Assembly: GCA_003427395.1 (NCBI GenBank)
Contig: BFEA01000004.1
Location: 7,422,171-7,486,170, forward strand
Length of the DNA stretch: 64,000 nt
DNA from: Chara braunii
Taxonomy: Eukaryota > Plantae > Charophyceae
Direction of reading: 5' to 3'
The notes beneath the pieces were generated by a model. It ran no database searches and was not told the origin of the DNA. It was given only the letters and a program-made list of their open reading frames with translations. The stretch's first letter is position 1; every line of letters starts with the position of its first letter. Position numbers and translations under genes: made by a program. Shown here piece by piece: positions 1 to 11,315 of the stretch.

Positions 1-3000
1 ATACGGGTACAAGAGTACAAATCTGTACTCGTACCAGGGTGCGTACAAGTGGCAACGCAAATGGAGAACGAGTTTCAGAATGGCTAGAGCTGGTTAAACA
101 ACGGGAAGAAAAAGAAAAAAAAAATCCAAAAAAAAAAAAGTGATGCAACAACACAAAACAAGCAACATTTGGCTGAGCATGATCTTCAAATTCTTATTGG
201 AATTTGAGAAAAAAAAATAAAAACAATACCGGATTGAAAAAAAAAAAAAAAAAACCGAGTACAAGAGTACAAATCTATACTCGTACCAGGGTGCGTACAT
301 GTGGCAACGCAGATGGAGAACGAGTTTCAGAATGGCTAGAGCTGGTTGAACAAGCACTGGTGGGTCTATCATATGCAGTGAAGTTCCAGCACATTCCAAA
401 ATATGTACACAAGGAAGTAGAGAAAGTTATAATTGCAACAAATGGTAGCTGAGCGAGATTTAGAGATGGCATGCATAGAAAGTAGAGGCTGGGCGATGAC
501 CTGTTGACTACGGCAGACTTGGAGGCTATGAATAGGGACGACTTTACCACTATTGGGGCTCTCGCGGAGGAATTTAAGAAGAAGGCAGAGAAGGTCAAGG
601 AATTTCAGAAGAAGCGCAGTGTGGTAGCTTCCTGGGACTGTTTAACGCCTCGGAGGCCCAAAAGTTGACGAGCTGGGAGAAGGTAGTGAGAAACTCACCT
701 GGGCCACAATCGACAAGGGTGTGGAAGAGGGAAGTCTGGACCAGGTGGAGCAATATCAGATGTACCAACAAAGGCGAAAGAGGAAGGAGCGCGATGCAAC
801 TACCTCAGGGACTCCGGGGGTAACTAGGCTATGAAAAGGATACCGTGGTACAGAAAAAGGTGATGACAACGGTTCAAGGAAAGGGAAAAGAGCAAGTGGT
901 AGAGGAAGTTGTTCAAGAACAGTGGGAAGAGGAGGAGTCAGTGCCTCAACATTTCTTGAAAGTGCAGCGCTAGCAGCACAATCTGACTCTGGGGGGACAA
1001 GCCTCTGGAAAAGGGCAAGCACCTCAAGCGTTGGCAGTGGCCTCGCCAAGTACAGCAGCTCCGTTGAGCAGTGCGAGACCCTCACAAGCAGGGGCACCGC
1101 CATACGGACAGTGGCCATGGCCTGTTTTTAACACCTTCGTACCATGGGGTGGTTCGGTTCCGTCTGGTCAGATGGTACCTTATACAGGGCCCCAAGTGAG
1201 TGTGGCATTGCCAAGTTATCCTTCGGCACAGGCCCAGCCCATGGCACCGCCTCCACCGCCCGCTCAACAAAAATCGTAAGGTAGTGTGGCTAGAGGAGAG
1301 AACCAAGGGCAGAGCAACCAAGGGAGCGGATGCTGGGGTGGTGGAAGAGGGCGAGGTAGAAATGGTGGAGGCCGAAGTGGTCAGTGAAACGACCAAGGTT
1401 ATCAGGATCAGAGGAAGGGGGTCAGGGGTATGGAAGACCCTGTTTTGATTGGCGGAATGTTATTTGTCGGCATTGCGGCATTCAAGGACATACAATACGC
1501 TTCTGCCAAAAAAGGCGGGACGGGAGAGATGGATTGATCTCTTCGAATATGGAAGGAGACATATATGATCAGTTCAGAGTATACATTGACCCCAAGGTTC
1601 CTGACGGGCTAAGGCAGGAAGCTCTCAGGAGGGTAGCCGCACTGCAGGCGCCATTAGCCATGTTTAGGTTGTGGCAGGAAAAGGGAGGTCCACCTATAAG
1701 AGTGGAAGAGGTGGGAGAGAATGAAGAGATGACCCAACAGCCGCGAGCAAGGTTCCTGAGAGAAGGGCCCATAATTATTGAATCAGACGAAGAGGGCTCT
1801 GATGAAGAGGTGAAGCCAGCATTGGTCCTCCTAGGCAATATGGAGGATTTATGGGCAAAGATGAGAAAATACCAGCAAAAGCTGGTGGGTATGTGTGAAG
1901 AGGTAAAGGATTGGAAGACCAATCTCCCCAATGTCTTTCTCTATGAGTCCGGCCCAGAGTCGGCACCAGCACGACAGGGATATCCAGGAGTGGTGACGGT
2001 AGGATCGGGCCCAAGGTCTGGCATGACCTATAGGCCCCCTACAGCGCAAGGGAGAATGACACAATCGGCGCGGACTAGGGCCCAGGGTAAGGCGAGCACG
2101 AGCCAGGAGCCTCCTCGGAGAGAGCCAAAGCCGGAGCGAAGGATAGAGACCATGGAGGTAGAGGATGATGATGATGAGGACGAGCAGTATGAGAGGCTTC
2201 GCCAAGAGGAAGACAAGAGGGCGGAGCAGAGGGCCAGAAAAAGAGGAGCCTAGGAAGAAGTCGAACCAATTCTGCACGATGTGGCGCCGAAGAAGAAGAA
2301 GTATGCGGTTTGCATGGGGTACTTTGATGTGGAGCGGATGGTGGACATGTTACTTGAAGGTCATAATGACCTTATGAACTTGAAAGATATCTTAACATCT
2401 GCTCCCAAGCTCCGAGATGGGTTAAAAGGGAGGCTTTCGCGGCGTTCAGTGTCAAATGTCCATCTGAGCGCAATCCTACCAAAGGAGGCAGAGTGGGCGG
2501 AGACGAGGACGAAGATGGACTGGATGTATGTGGCTTGTGGGGTGGTAAATTTAGTAGTGAAGGGGTCGAAGTGCATAACGATGGTGGATATGAGAGCGGA
2601 GATGAACATGATTAAGGAAGTTGATGCACTCAGGTTGGGCTTAGAGATAGCCCGCTCAGATTGTGGCATCTTATGTGGTGCTAACTGTAAGGCAGTGTTC
2701 TGTGGGATGACCTCGAATGTGGTCGTTGAGATTGGAAAGAAAAGGCGAGGGCTTGCTTCTTCGTCATGCCGGACGTAGACCATGCCATCCTCCTAGGGAG
2801 GTCATTCCTATCCAGGACGGAGATGTTGATATTCAATAAGCACGATGGAATGCGATTCTGGCCCTGTGCGACCCGACGTGTGGCAACTACGAGGTGGTCA
2901 CCTGTCGGAACACGAGACCCCAAAGTATAAGAAATCGACCTAACCTTGGTTCATTTACGATCGAGGAGTTCGAGAGTGAGCGTCAGAGACTTCTTGAAGA

Positions 3001-4070
3001 GCTGGAAAAGGAGGAAAGGCGGAAGTGCTTTCACTCAGTCTATCTGATGTGAATAAAGCCATGGATTTGGTGGTCACTCATGAGATCGCAGATCCAGAGG
3101 TCATTCAGGCATTGAGGGAGCAAGTTATGAAATATTCTCAAGTAGGGGAGGTAGAGCTAGTATATCGGCTTCAAGGCGGAAGGAAGGACCCTGCAATGAT
3201 GTAGGCACAAACGGTAAGCCGACATTTTTTAGGGGACGACTCAAGCAGGGTTCCCAAAGGTGGTACAAGACCATAGACAATAAGTGCCGCCCGGTTCCCG
3301 TTCTCGTTACAGAAGAAGAGGAGGCCTACTACGAGCGGGAACGTGGATTGATACAGCAGATAAAGGACCAGGCTGCAATTGGACTATGACGTATCAATGA
3401 AGGGAATGAGGGGAAGCTGGTAGTGGGAGAACCTGGATTCTTATCACCACAAGAGAGAGTTATAATGGTAGAACTAATGAAGGAGAGGCATCACGTCTAT
3501 GCAATCGATGATAATCAGTGCGGGAGGTTGGATGTAGATAAGATTCCGGTGATTCGGATCCATACCGTACCACATGAGTCATGAAATTTAAGAGGCGCGT
3601 GGCATCCCAATCCTGTCGAAGAAAGGAACGTGGTGGACTACCTGAACGACAAGATGGGAACACATGTCGCTGACTATTCAAACGGGCCGTACACATCTCC
3701 GTGATTTTGCTTTGTCAAACCTAATGGGACATTGCGGTAGGTGCAGGACTTGCAACAGCTGAACGTTGTGACTGTGTGAGATGCGGGAGGTTTGCCGAGC
3801 GCGGATGCACTGTCAGAATCGCGCGCAGGAAGACCTATAATTTCACTTATAGACCTTTACTCAAGGTACGATCAATTCCCTGTCTATCCGTCAGATAGAC
3901 CAGTGACAGCGATGCATACGCATATGAATGTGGCCCTACAGGGATTGACTAATGTTGTGGCAATGGTTCAAAAGGCATATGACCCGGACCATGCAAACAG
4001 TCATTCCACACATCACCCAACCGTACATTGATGACTAGGCAGTGAAGGGACCAAAAGAAAAGGAGGATTA
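1..4070 (+). mobile_element. Decayed Ty3/gypsy LTR retrotransposon internal region (gag, zinc knuckle, protease, RT fragments)
   Basis: ORF 1384-2253 has the CCHC knuckle CRHCGIQGHTIRFC. ORF 2281-2778 has a degenerate aspartic-protease motif (MVDMRAEMN). 3700-4070 has RT motifs (FVKPNGTLR, ISLIDLYSRYDQFP, LQGLTN, PYIDD) broken by stops and frameshifts. Confidence 0.85.
7..347 (+). repeat. About 89-bp direct duplication (7-95 and 258-347) around an A-rich insert in gag
   Basis: gtacaagagtacaaatct...ggctagagctggtt occurs twice, with an A-rich spacer between. Confidence 0.8.
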
Positions 4071-4895
4071 TGAAGTCTTGCCGGGAGTAAGACGTTTTGT
4101 TTGACCAAGTTGATTTGGGGTTGGTGAGAGTATTTACCATTGTGGCTTGGCTTTGCATGTGGCTGTGTGAGATCACTACTTAGTCTAAGTTTCAGTTTGA
4201 TAGGTATTTGTTTTAGATGCTCGCCACGTGCTAGAGCTATAGGAGTTAGTTTCAATTCCTGCATTTTTTAAGATGAAGTTTATTTTACTTAGGTCAATTT
4301 CTGCATTTTCTGGGATCTTTTGTTATCCAAACGTTTATTCAGACCTGACCTATGACTGAGAAACTAAGAGTTTTTGGACTTTTGTCCGGACGTGTGTGAC
4401 GTCCGGAGGTATCGAATATGAATGACAAGACTACGTTTTTGTCGAAGCCGCAGGAACATGCGCATAAGGGAATGCTAAAGTTAAACCTATCCTACCTATA
4501 ATGGTGTTGGGCGACTGCTGAGCCGCACGATTCAGAGCCAAAATGGGCTAAAAAGAGGGTTCCGTTGGGGTATAGGGCCACGTCGCAGGAGGTGTAGGAA
4601 GCTTTTGTTTTTTTTTTATAGGACCGCGGGGTCTGACTTCGAGCCTGGGGGCCGATAGGCAAATGCCAAGGCTTACCCGGTTCGATGGCCGACCAAGCCG
4701 TGGTCACGCGGCTAACCAGTATGGGTAGGCCACATGCTGGGTAAGCCGGCATGCCACAGGTTGGGTAAGTCGGTAGGCACAACCGGGGCAGGCCTGTTAG
4801 GCCATTTACGAGCGGAGCCTGCAAGGCAGCAGGCTGAGAGAATACCTGGGCCAGCTCTTCATATTGAAGAGTTGCTCCTGTTCAGCGTGGAACAC

Positions 4896-4965
4896 GAGCT
4901 AGCTCAGTAGGTTAATGTAACAGACTTTCACCCGGCAGACACCAGGATCGAATCCGACGAACTAT
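4896..4965 (+). pseudogene. tRNA-derived (Glu-like) Pol III module
   Basis: A box tagctcagtagg, anticodon-like ctttcac, B box ggatcgaatcc. No intact acceptor stem. Confidence 0.5.
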
Positions 4966-5082
4966 ACCACTGGGATGGCTCCTTTTGGAGCCGGCCTTTC
5001 CTTTTTTTAAAGGCATTTGAGCGCAGCTGATCTCGGTCATTCGTTCATGAAGATCTCGCGGCTGAGATCAGCCGCGCCGTAG

Positions 5083-5140
5083 TAGCATGGCCCTGCGCAA
5101 GGATGACACGCATAAATCGAGGAATGGTCGAATTTTTTTT
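5083..5140 (+). pseudogene. U6: U6 snRNA 3' half
   Basis: tagcatggccctgcgcaaggatgacacgcataaatcgaggaatggtcgaatttt matches the plant U6 3' region. Confidence 0.9.
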
Positions 5141-5680
5141 TTCGATCCCATTGGGATCGAACTCCGGTCTGTATTTCAACAGTTCGTGGATGGATCCACG
5201 AGCTGAACGTGGCCGTTGGGTAGATCAACGAAAATCTAAGCCAAAAGTAAAAAAAATAAAAAATAAAAAAATGTAATAATAATAATAAAAAATAAATAAA
5301 AATTAGAAACTAAATTTAAGTACAGCGCTATGTGGCGCATCGTGAAGTGGATGGGGCTTTTCAACCCCAGTACTCGAAACAGTCGCCCGTGGAAACAAGC
5401 GACCGTTCTTAGGAAAAACGACTTCTTCTTTTTTCTTTTTGTTAGATTTCGTTAGATTTTTTTAGATTTTCCTTCTTTAGATTTTGTTTAGATTTTTTTT
5501 TTTCTTTTCCTTTTTTTTGTTAGTACCCGTTCGTTTCGAAACGAACGGGCATATGGACCTTGCTACACTCGAAGTGTACAAGGCGAGAGTGAATCTTCCG
5601 CTAGGCATTGGGTAGATGCACTGCCATGATGTTGTCTTTTGTGCGTGACGAGAATAGTGGAGCGACGCCCGTTTAGTGCC

Positions 5681-5738
5681 AGACTATTTCATCGGAGTTT
5701 CACCGACTCATGAGGGGGGTTGCAACCCCGACAGTCTA
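5681..5738 (-). ncRNA. Degenerate type III hammerhead ribozyme copy
   Basis: The minus strand reads agactgtc-gggg ttgcaa ccccc-ctcatga-gtcggtgaaactccgat-gaaa-tagtct. It is homologous to 9250-9309 but the core is CUCAUGA. Confidence 0.65.
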
Positions 5739-5785
5739 CCACTGCGCCTGAACCGAGCGCTAATAGCGTCTAGGTACGGACCCGC

Positions 5786-5789
<4 letters not shown>

Positions 5790-5824
<35 letters not shown>

Positions 5825-5825
5825 N

Positions 5826-5895
<70 letters not shown>
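5790..5895. repeat. (GA)n microsatellite
   Basis: Seen directly. Confidence 0.95.
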
Positions 5896-5898
<3 letters not shown>

Positions 5899-6153
5899 AC
5901 CTGCCCTACCTACCTACCTACCTTGGTTGGCCGTAGTATTCCCAACGATGGGATGGCCAAAAATGAAGGAATCTACCCCAGGAACAAGGGGAGATTCACA
6001 CTACAGGTAGGAAAGGTAAGTTGTTGCCTTTTTCTTTTTTTCTTTTTGTCTGTTTCTTTTTTTCGTTGCTTAGCTCACCCACGTCGCGTGGCCGTTGAAG
6101 CTCAACCAGGCAAGAAAACGGGGAGAGGAAGAAAACGAAAAAGTACTGAAAAC

Positions 6154-6187
<34 letters not shown>

Positions 6188-6523
6188 AAACAAAACTGAA
6201 ACGAGGCAAGAGATCTCAGATCTCACGGCTCACAGAGTGCGCGCGTGGGAAAGGGAATGAGGGAGTGAGAGAGAGAAATGGAGTAGTTGGGAGGAGGAGG
6301 TCCTACTCCTCCCAACCTGCCAACTGGCTTCCCCGTTTTCAGGGGAGGACGGCAGAGAAAAAGGGAGGGGGCTGTTGCATACAACAGCATGCACCTGGCC
6401 AAGGTAAAAGCCAGGTGCAATAGAAATTAGGAAGTTCGTTTTTTTTCTTTTCTTTTCTTTATTTAGTGTGAGGACACTTGTCCTCACGTGGTGCTACCTC
6501 TGGCACAAGCTGCCAGAGGTAAC

Positions 6524-7610
6524 TGTCAGGCTCCCGTTTTTGCAAGGAGCCTGGAAATTTAAAGGCCAGGAAAAGGCTAGATGCAGCCTTTTCCCCGATG
6601 TATCTGCCCTAGAAAAAGCGTCTAGATACATCAAACTGTAAGGGGTTGTATCTCTCCAACCCCTTATCAGAAAAATAAAAGAAAAACAGATTTGGAAATG
6701 GTAGGATCCCAGCTATTTCGCCAGATTTCGAGATAGCTGGGAAAAATAAAAATAAAAATAAAATAGGGCAGTTAAAGAAACTGCCCCACACTAAGGCTGT
6801 GGCTGTGGTGCGGCCACAGTCAGCCCTGGATCTTGGCAGATCAAGGGCTCACAGTGAGCCCGCGATTTTGCCTGGGGGATGGAATGACGTGCAGCCCTCC
6901 TCAGCCACTATAAAACAACAAGCTGCCCCCAGCTGCCACACAAAGTATTCATACTGCCATTGTGTGACGTGCACTTGAGTGCTGCTGGGCTGCTGAGGTG
7001 CTGCCTGAGGCAAGGAGGAGAAGCTGGAGATCTGCAGAGGAGCGCGAAGAGGAGAAGCTGGAGATCTGCCTGAGGCAAGGAGGAGAAGTTAGAGATCTGC
7101 ATGAGGCAAGGAGGAGAAGTTGGAGATCCTGCTACTTGAGTATGGCGGACCTCCTTCCCCGCCATTTGAGTGTTTTCCCCCCCCCACCATCCTCAATGTC
7201 TTGACCACAAGTAAGTACCGGCCCTTTGGGCCTTTAGATGAATCAGATACCCTTGTGGGTCACACAACTACTCAAGCCGACAAGGGCTCAGGCAGGCACA
7301 GACCAACGAGCATGTACTCATACACGGACTTAAGGTTGGGCTCGGGCCAATAGGTGGATTGAGGCCCACTCCCTTGCTTATACCAAGGTAGCTCTTTTTG
7401 TTTTTGAAGTAGGAGTTAACTCAGTAGGTCTTAGGGCAGATTGTCAAGTTAGAGATATGAGGATTGAATCTGCCTTGACCCGAATGCTAGCTCCTTTTAT
7501 GCTATAAGGGAGTTGTGCTTTTAACCCCGACTTTGGGCTTGAGGACTCGAACCCGTGACCTTAGGATGAGAATTAGTTAAAGATAAATTCGTTAGTTAAA
7601 GCCGAATACA
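6524..7610 (+). mobile_element. Probable solo LTR-like segment
   Basis: TG...CA termini, TATA-like ctataaaa near 6908, tandem gaggcaaggaggagaagctggagatctgc units at 7000-7135, and embedded tRNA-like boxes. Flanks gtaac/gtagg are not a clean TSD. Confidence 0.4.
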
Positions 7611-7792
7611 GTAGGCCCGACACTTGGTAGGCTAGGACGGTTAACTGTTAGAATTTGTTAGGTTTTTTTTCTTTCTTCTTTATTTTATTTTATTTTTTTT
7701 TCGAGTTTTTTATTATTATTTTATTCCTATTTTTCTTTTCGATCTTCGCGATTTACTTGCCACGATTGCTTAAGTGAATCTTCCCCCCATAC

Positions 7793-7830
7793 CTGTCTCT
7801 TATACACATCTAGATGTGTATAAGAGACAG
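7793..7830. other. Nextera mate-pair junction adapter (assembly artefact)
   Basis: Exact CTGTCTCTTATACACATCT+AGATGTGTATAAGAGACAG, flanked by an identical duplication (7621-7792 = 7831-8002). Confidence 0.97.
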
Positions 7831-9169
7831 CACTTGGTAGGCTAGGACGGTTAACTGTTAGAATTTGTTAGGTTTTTTTTCTTTCTTCTTTATTTTATTT
7901 TATTTTTTTTTCGAGTTTTTTATTATTATTTTATTCCTATTTTTCTTTTCGATCTTCGCGATTTACTTGCCACGATTGCTTAAGTGAATCTTCCCCCCAT
8001 ACTGGGGCAGATTCACTCGATCGTTACCAGTAGTAAGCGCCCGCCCCGATCGCAGCCAACCGAGTATCGCTACGAGCAGGGCGGTGTGATAGCGGGGAGT
8101 GGCACATTCCATACCAAGGAAAAGAGCAAAAAGAACGGGGAGTGGCGCGATGGAAAGAGAAAAGCGCACGATAGCTGGCGAGGATTGATGCGCAGGAGAA
8201 GGAGAAGAAGAGCGCAACCAGAAGAAAGGAGAAATACGAGAAGTGCTTGCACAGGTAGAAAAGACGAGCGCGAGACGGGATGCGGATATGCCAGTAGAAG
8301 AAGAAGGAGAAGAAGAAGAAGAAGAAGAAGAAGAAGGCTGGAGAGAGAAAGGAGGGTTGATCTACGTACGTTGAGGATGGTTGCTAGATCGTGAGTGACT
8401 GGCGGATCGTTTTCCGGTGGTCGAAAGTGCTTTCCGTGGTGCTGTGCGGGCCTCCGGTCGTCTTTCTCGAAAAGCTTTCACGACAGCTCGCTCGTGACTG
8501 TCGGGGCCTTTCTATACCGCAGTGACTAGTTGGAGGATAACCGCTTTCCTCCTCGCTTATTCCATGGGATTCGGGGAGAGCCATTGCGGTTTCGTTGTGG
8601 TGATTTCTTTGTAACCACACAAACGACGGCGCGATCCGTTTTGAGTTGGGAGACGTCGTGATCAGGCAGGAAGGCACTGTACTCCTTGTGACCCGAGTTG
8701 ACGATGTGTTGACTCGGCTCACATCCGCTGGATTTTGTGCTTGTAGCGATCGTGCTGAGGTGTCGTGATCTCGGGGTGCTACTCGCCGAAGCGGAACGTA
8801 TTGCGTCGTGGATAGGAGAAGTCGCGACTCAGTAAGGAGGCGCCCAACAGGCAACCACGAAAACGACGAAAGAGCAGGGAAGAGAAAGCCAGTAACTCTT
8901 CCAAGCCCGTTACGGCCCGCACATTACCCCGATTCATATCACCGCTATCTGAGCTAACCCACAGTCTCGACTTCGCCCCCGCTTATCTATGGACTTGACA
9001 TCTATCGTGTGCGTGGCTTGTTCAAAGCGAGGATCTGATCGCCTGAAGAGTTTGGGGAACGCTCCCCAACCAACTGAATGCCTGTGGAGGCAGATTGAAT
9101 TGTCTGATAACAACGATTTTCCTTTGAAAACGTTAGATTTCTGAACGAATTAATAAATAAATAACCATG

Positions 9170-9505
9170 ATATATATATCGTCACAAACAGAACTGCCCG
9201 GTAAACCGTAGGCAGAGAGAGAGAAGTGGACAACAAACGAGGGGCTGTGACAAACTGTTTCGTCGGAGTTTCACCGACTCATCAGGAGGGTGAACCCTCA
9301 ACAGTCTGCAGAATCCCCTCACTGATTACACTGTAAATGATAATCTACCTTAACAAAAATCAAAGTAGACTATCACTCACCCACACAAGATGGAATATAT
9401 ATATATATATATATAACAGTTTGTCACAGCCCCTCGTTTGTTGTCCTCTTCTCCCTCTCTGCCTACGGTTTACCGGGCAGTTCTATTTGACGATGTATAT
9501 ATATA
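9170..9505. repeat. About 85-bp inverted repeat arms (9170-9259 / 9416-9505) ending in (TA)n
   Basis: cgtcacaaacagaactgcccggtaaaccgtaggcagaga...gtgacaaactgtt and its reverse complement. Confidence 0.85.
9250..9309 (-). ncRNA. Type III hammerhead ribozyme
   Basis: Minus strand: GCAGACUGU-U-GAGGG(UUCA)CCCUC-CUGAUGA-GUCGG(UGAAACU)CCGAC-GAAACAGUUUGU. The core is complete and all three stems pair. Confidence 0.88.
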
Positions 9506-10935
9506 TCGTCATATATATATATATATTCTTGGGCATCCTTGTGAACATCCACATCATCCTCACCGTAGCTGTCCTATCTGCCGAGGTGGGGGCAGGTAAA
9601 GAGAAAAAGAGAAAAAAAGAAAAAAAGAAAAAAGAAAGAAAAAAAGAAAAAAAGAAAAAAGANNNNNNNNNNNNNNNNNNNNNNNNNNNCTTCTTTACCT
9701 CTTTGCCTTTTGGCTGCGTGCAAGTGGGTCCTTGTGACACACGGGGATGGGGGCAGCCAGCGCTCAACCTGTCATCCACGTGGCTGGCCTTGTACGTAAG
9801 AGGTTATGAACAGGTGGAGCTTTCCTTACCCCCTTCCCTTTCCCTTTTTTCCTTTTCCTTTTTTCTTTTCCCTTTTTTGCGCTCTGATTCACAATGTGAC
9901 AATATATATATATATGAGGAAGTCGTGAGAGTAAAAAGTAGGAATGCGGACAAATGAGAGAGTATCCGTGTGAGTAACGGCAAAGCACTAGCCTATTGGC
10001 AAGCAGGCATGATCGCGTGCACAACAAGACAACAGGTATGGACGAGAAAGCAAGCGAAAGGCAAGTGAGGGCTAACAAAGATGTGAAAGCGAACTTGGGC
10101 TCAAACCTGAGTGCAAGCACAAGCAAAGGCCAATGCCCGCAAAGCACGAATGGGAGGAGAGCAGGAAGGAGATGTGATGAAGACCACAAGATCGTGACAA
10201 TGAATGCATAAGAAAGAGATCAATAGAGGAGAAGGAAAGAAAGGCGAGATAAGAGGAAAACAAGAGAGAGGGTGGGGTACATACTAACTGTCATCGTTGC
10301 GTACGGGCCACGTAACGATCGATTGAGCGGTTACTGCGGCTTTGATCGATCGACGGGCGCGGACAACAATGCGGGCACTAACGAAAAAAAACAAGTGCAA
10401 GCGGGTTTGCAAACGGAATCTTAAGAGTGAGCGGCGAAACCGAGCTCGAATGAAGGATAAAAGTAAGAACGTATAAGCGAGTGAGGCAGAGAAGGTGGAG
10501 AAGGAGGGAGGAAGGACGCGGCGAGAGGGAAGGAGTATGAGAAGTCGGGACTGCGACAGAGGAGGAGGAGAAAACGACTATGATCATTTTTTCACCTAAC
10601 TCAACACAACCTCATTTTGGCTGTACCCGGACGGTGTTACGGTCTAAGTGCATTTGGAAGGAATAAAGTGCTGAAGTGAAACCAACCCGGGAAAAGGATA
10701 GGGGACTTGAGTTGAGCATGGCCTGAGGAAACGTATGGGTAAATGATAGTGAAAATAGGAAGAGGAAACAAGGGGCACGCCGGATGGAAGGGGTCGATTG
10801 TGCGGGAAGATGGCAACAACGAGGAGGGGGAGAGAAACATTATAAGGAAGGGGGGCGGAAAGAGGAATAGAAGAAGAAGAAGAGGAAGAAGGAGAAGGGA
10901 GAGAAAAGAGGGAAGACTCAATTATGTACGTCGCG

Positions 10936-11056
10936 ACGTTGAGGAGAGTTCAGCCTCCAGATGAGTCGATAAAACTCCGACGAAAATAGTTTGTCTCATC
11001 CCCTGGTTGATTGTTCTCTTCTCCCTCTCTGTCTACGGACTACTATATATATATAT
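10936..11056 (+). mobile_element. Decayed copy of the hammerhead + tail + (TA)n element
   Basis: gttgagg...cctc-cagatga-gtcg..cgac-gaaa, then the same tail (gtttgtc...ctcttctccctctctgtctacgg) and tatatata. Confidence 0.65.
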
Positions 11057-11115
11057 ACGTATATAAATATATGTATATATCACCTATATAAAATGCATCA
11101 AACATGACAAAACGC

Positions 11116-11273
11116 TTATGATCGTGGTAACGGGAATATGCTCGTTGGCAATCGGATACAGTACATTGGTGCAACTTCTGCTTTCTTGACAGTGTCGAAT
11201 TCCTTGGCTTGCGATGTGATTTGACAATCTGAAATCTATCATTTTCGCTATTTATCATCATTACCGTTATTAA

Positions 11274-11315
<42 letters not shown>

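Noticed and set aside
5923-6423. Lys/Arg/Phe-rich ORFs here and elsewhere (e.g. 7984-8394, 9337-9957, gap-spanning ORFs)
   Set aside because: They are translations of homopolymers, microsatellites or N gaps.
7793-7830. Tn5 mosaic ends as a real transposon or horizontal transfer
   Set aside because: It is exactly the Nextera junction adapter, with no transposase and duplicated flanks.
9021-9078. Additional type III hammerhead (CUGAAGA with stems I-III)
   Set aside because: GAAA is replaced by CAAC and there is no UH triplet. At best a decayed relic.
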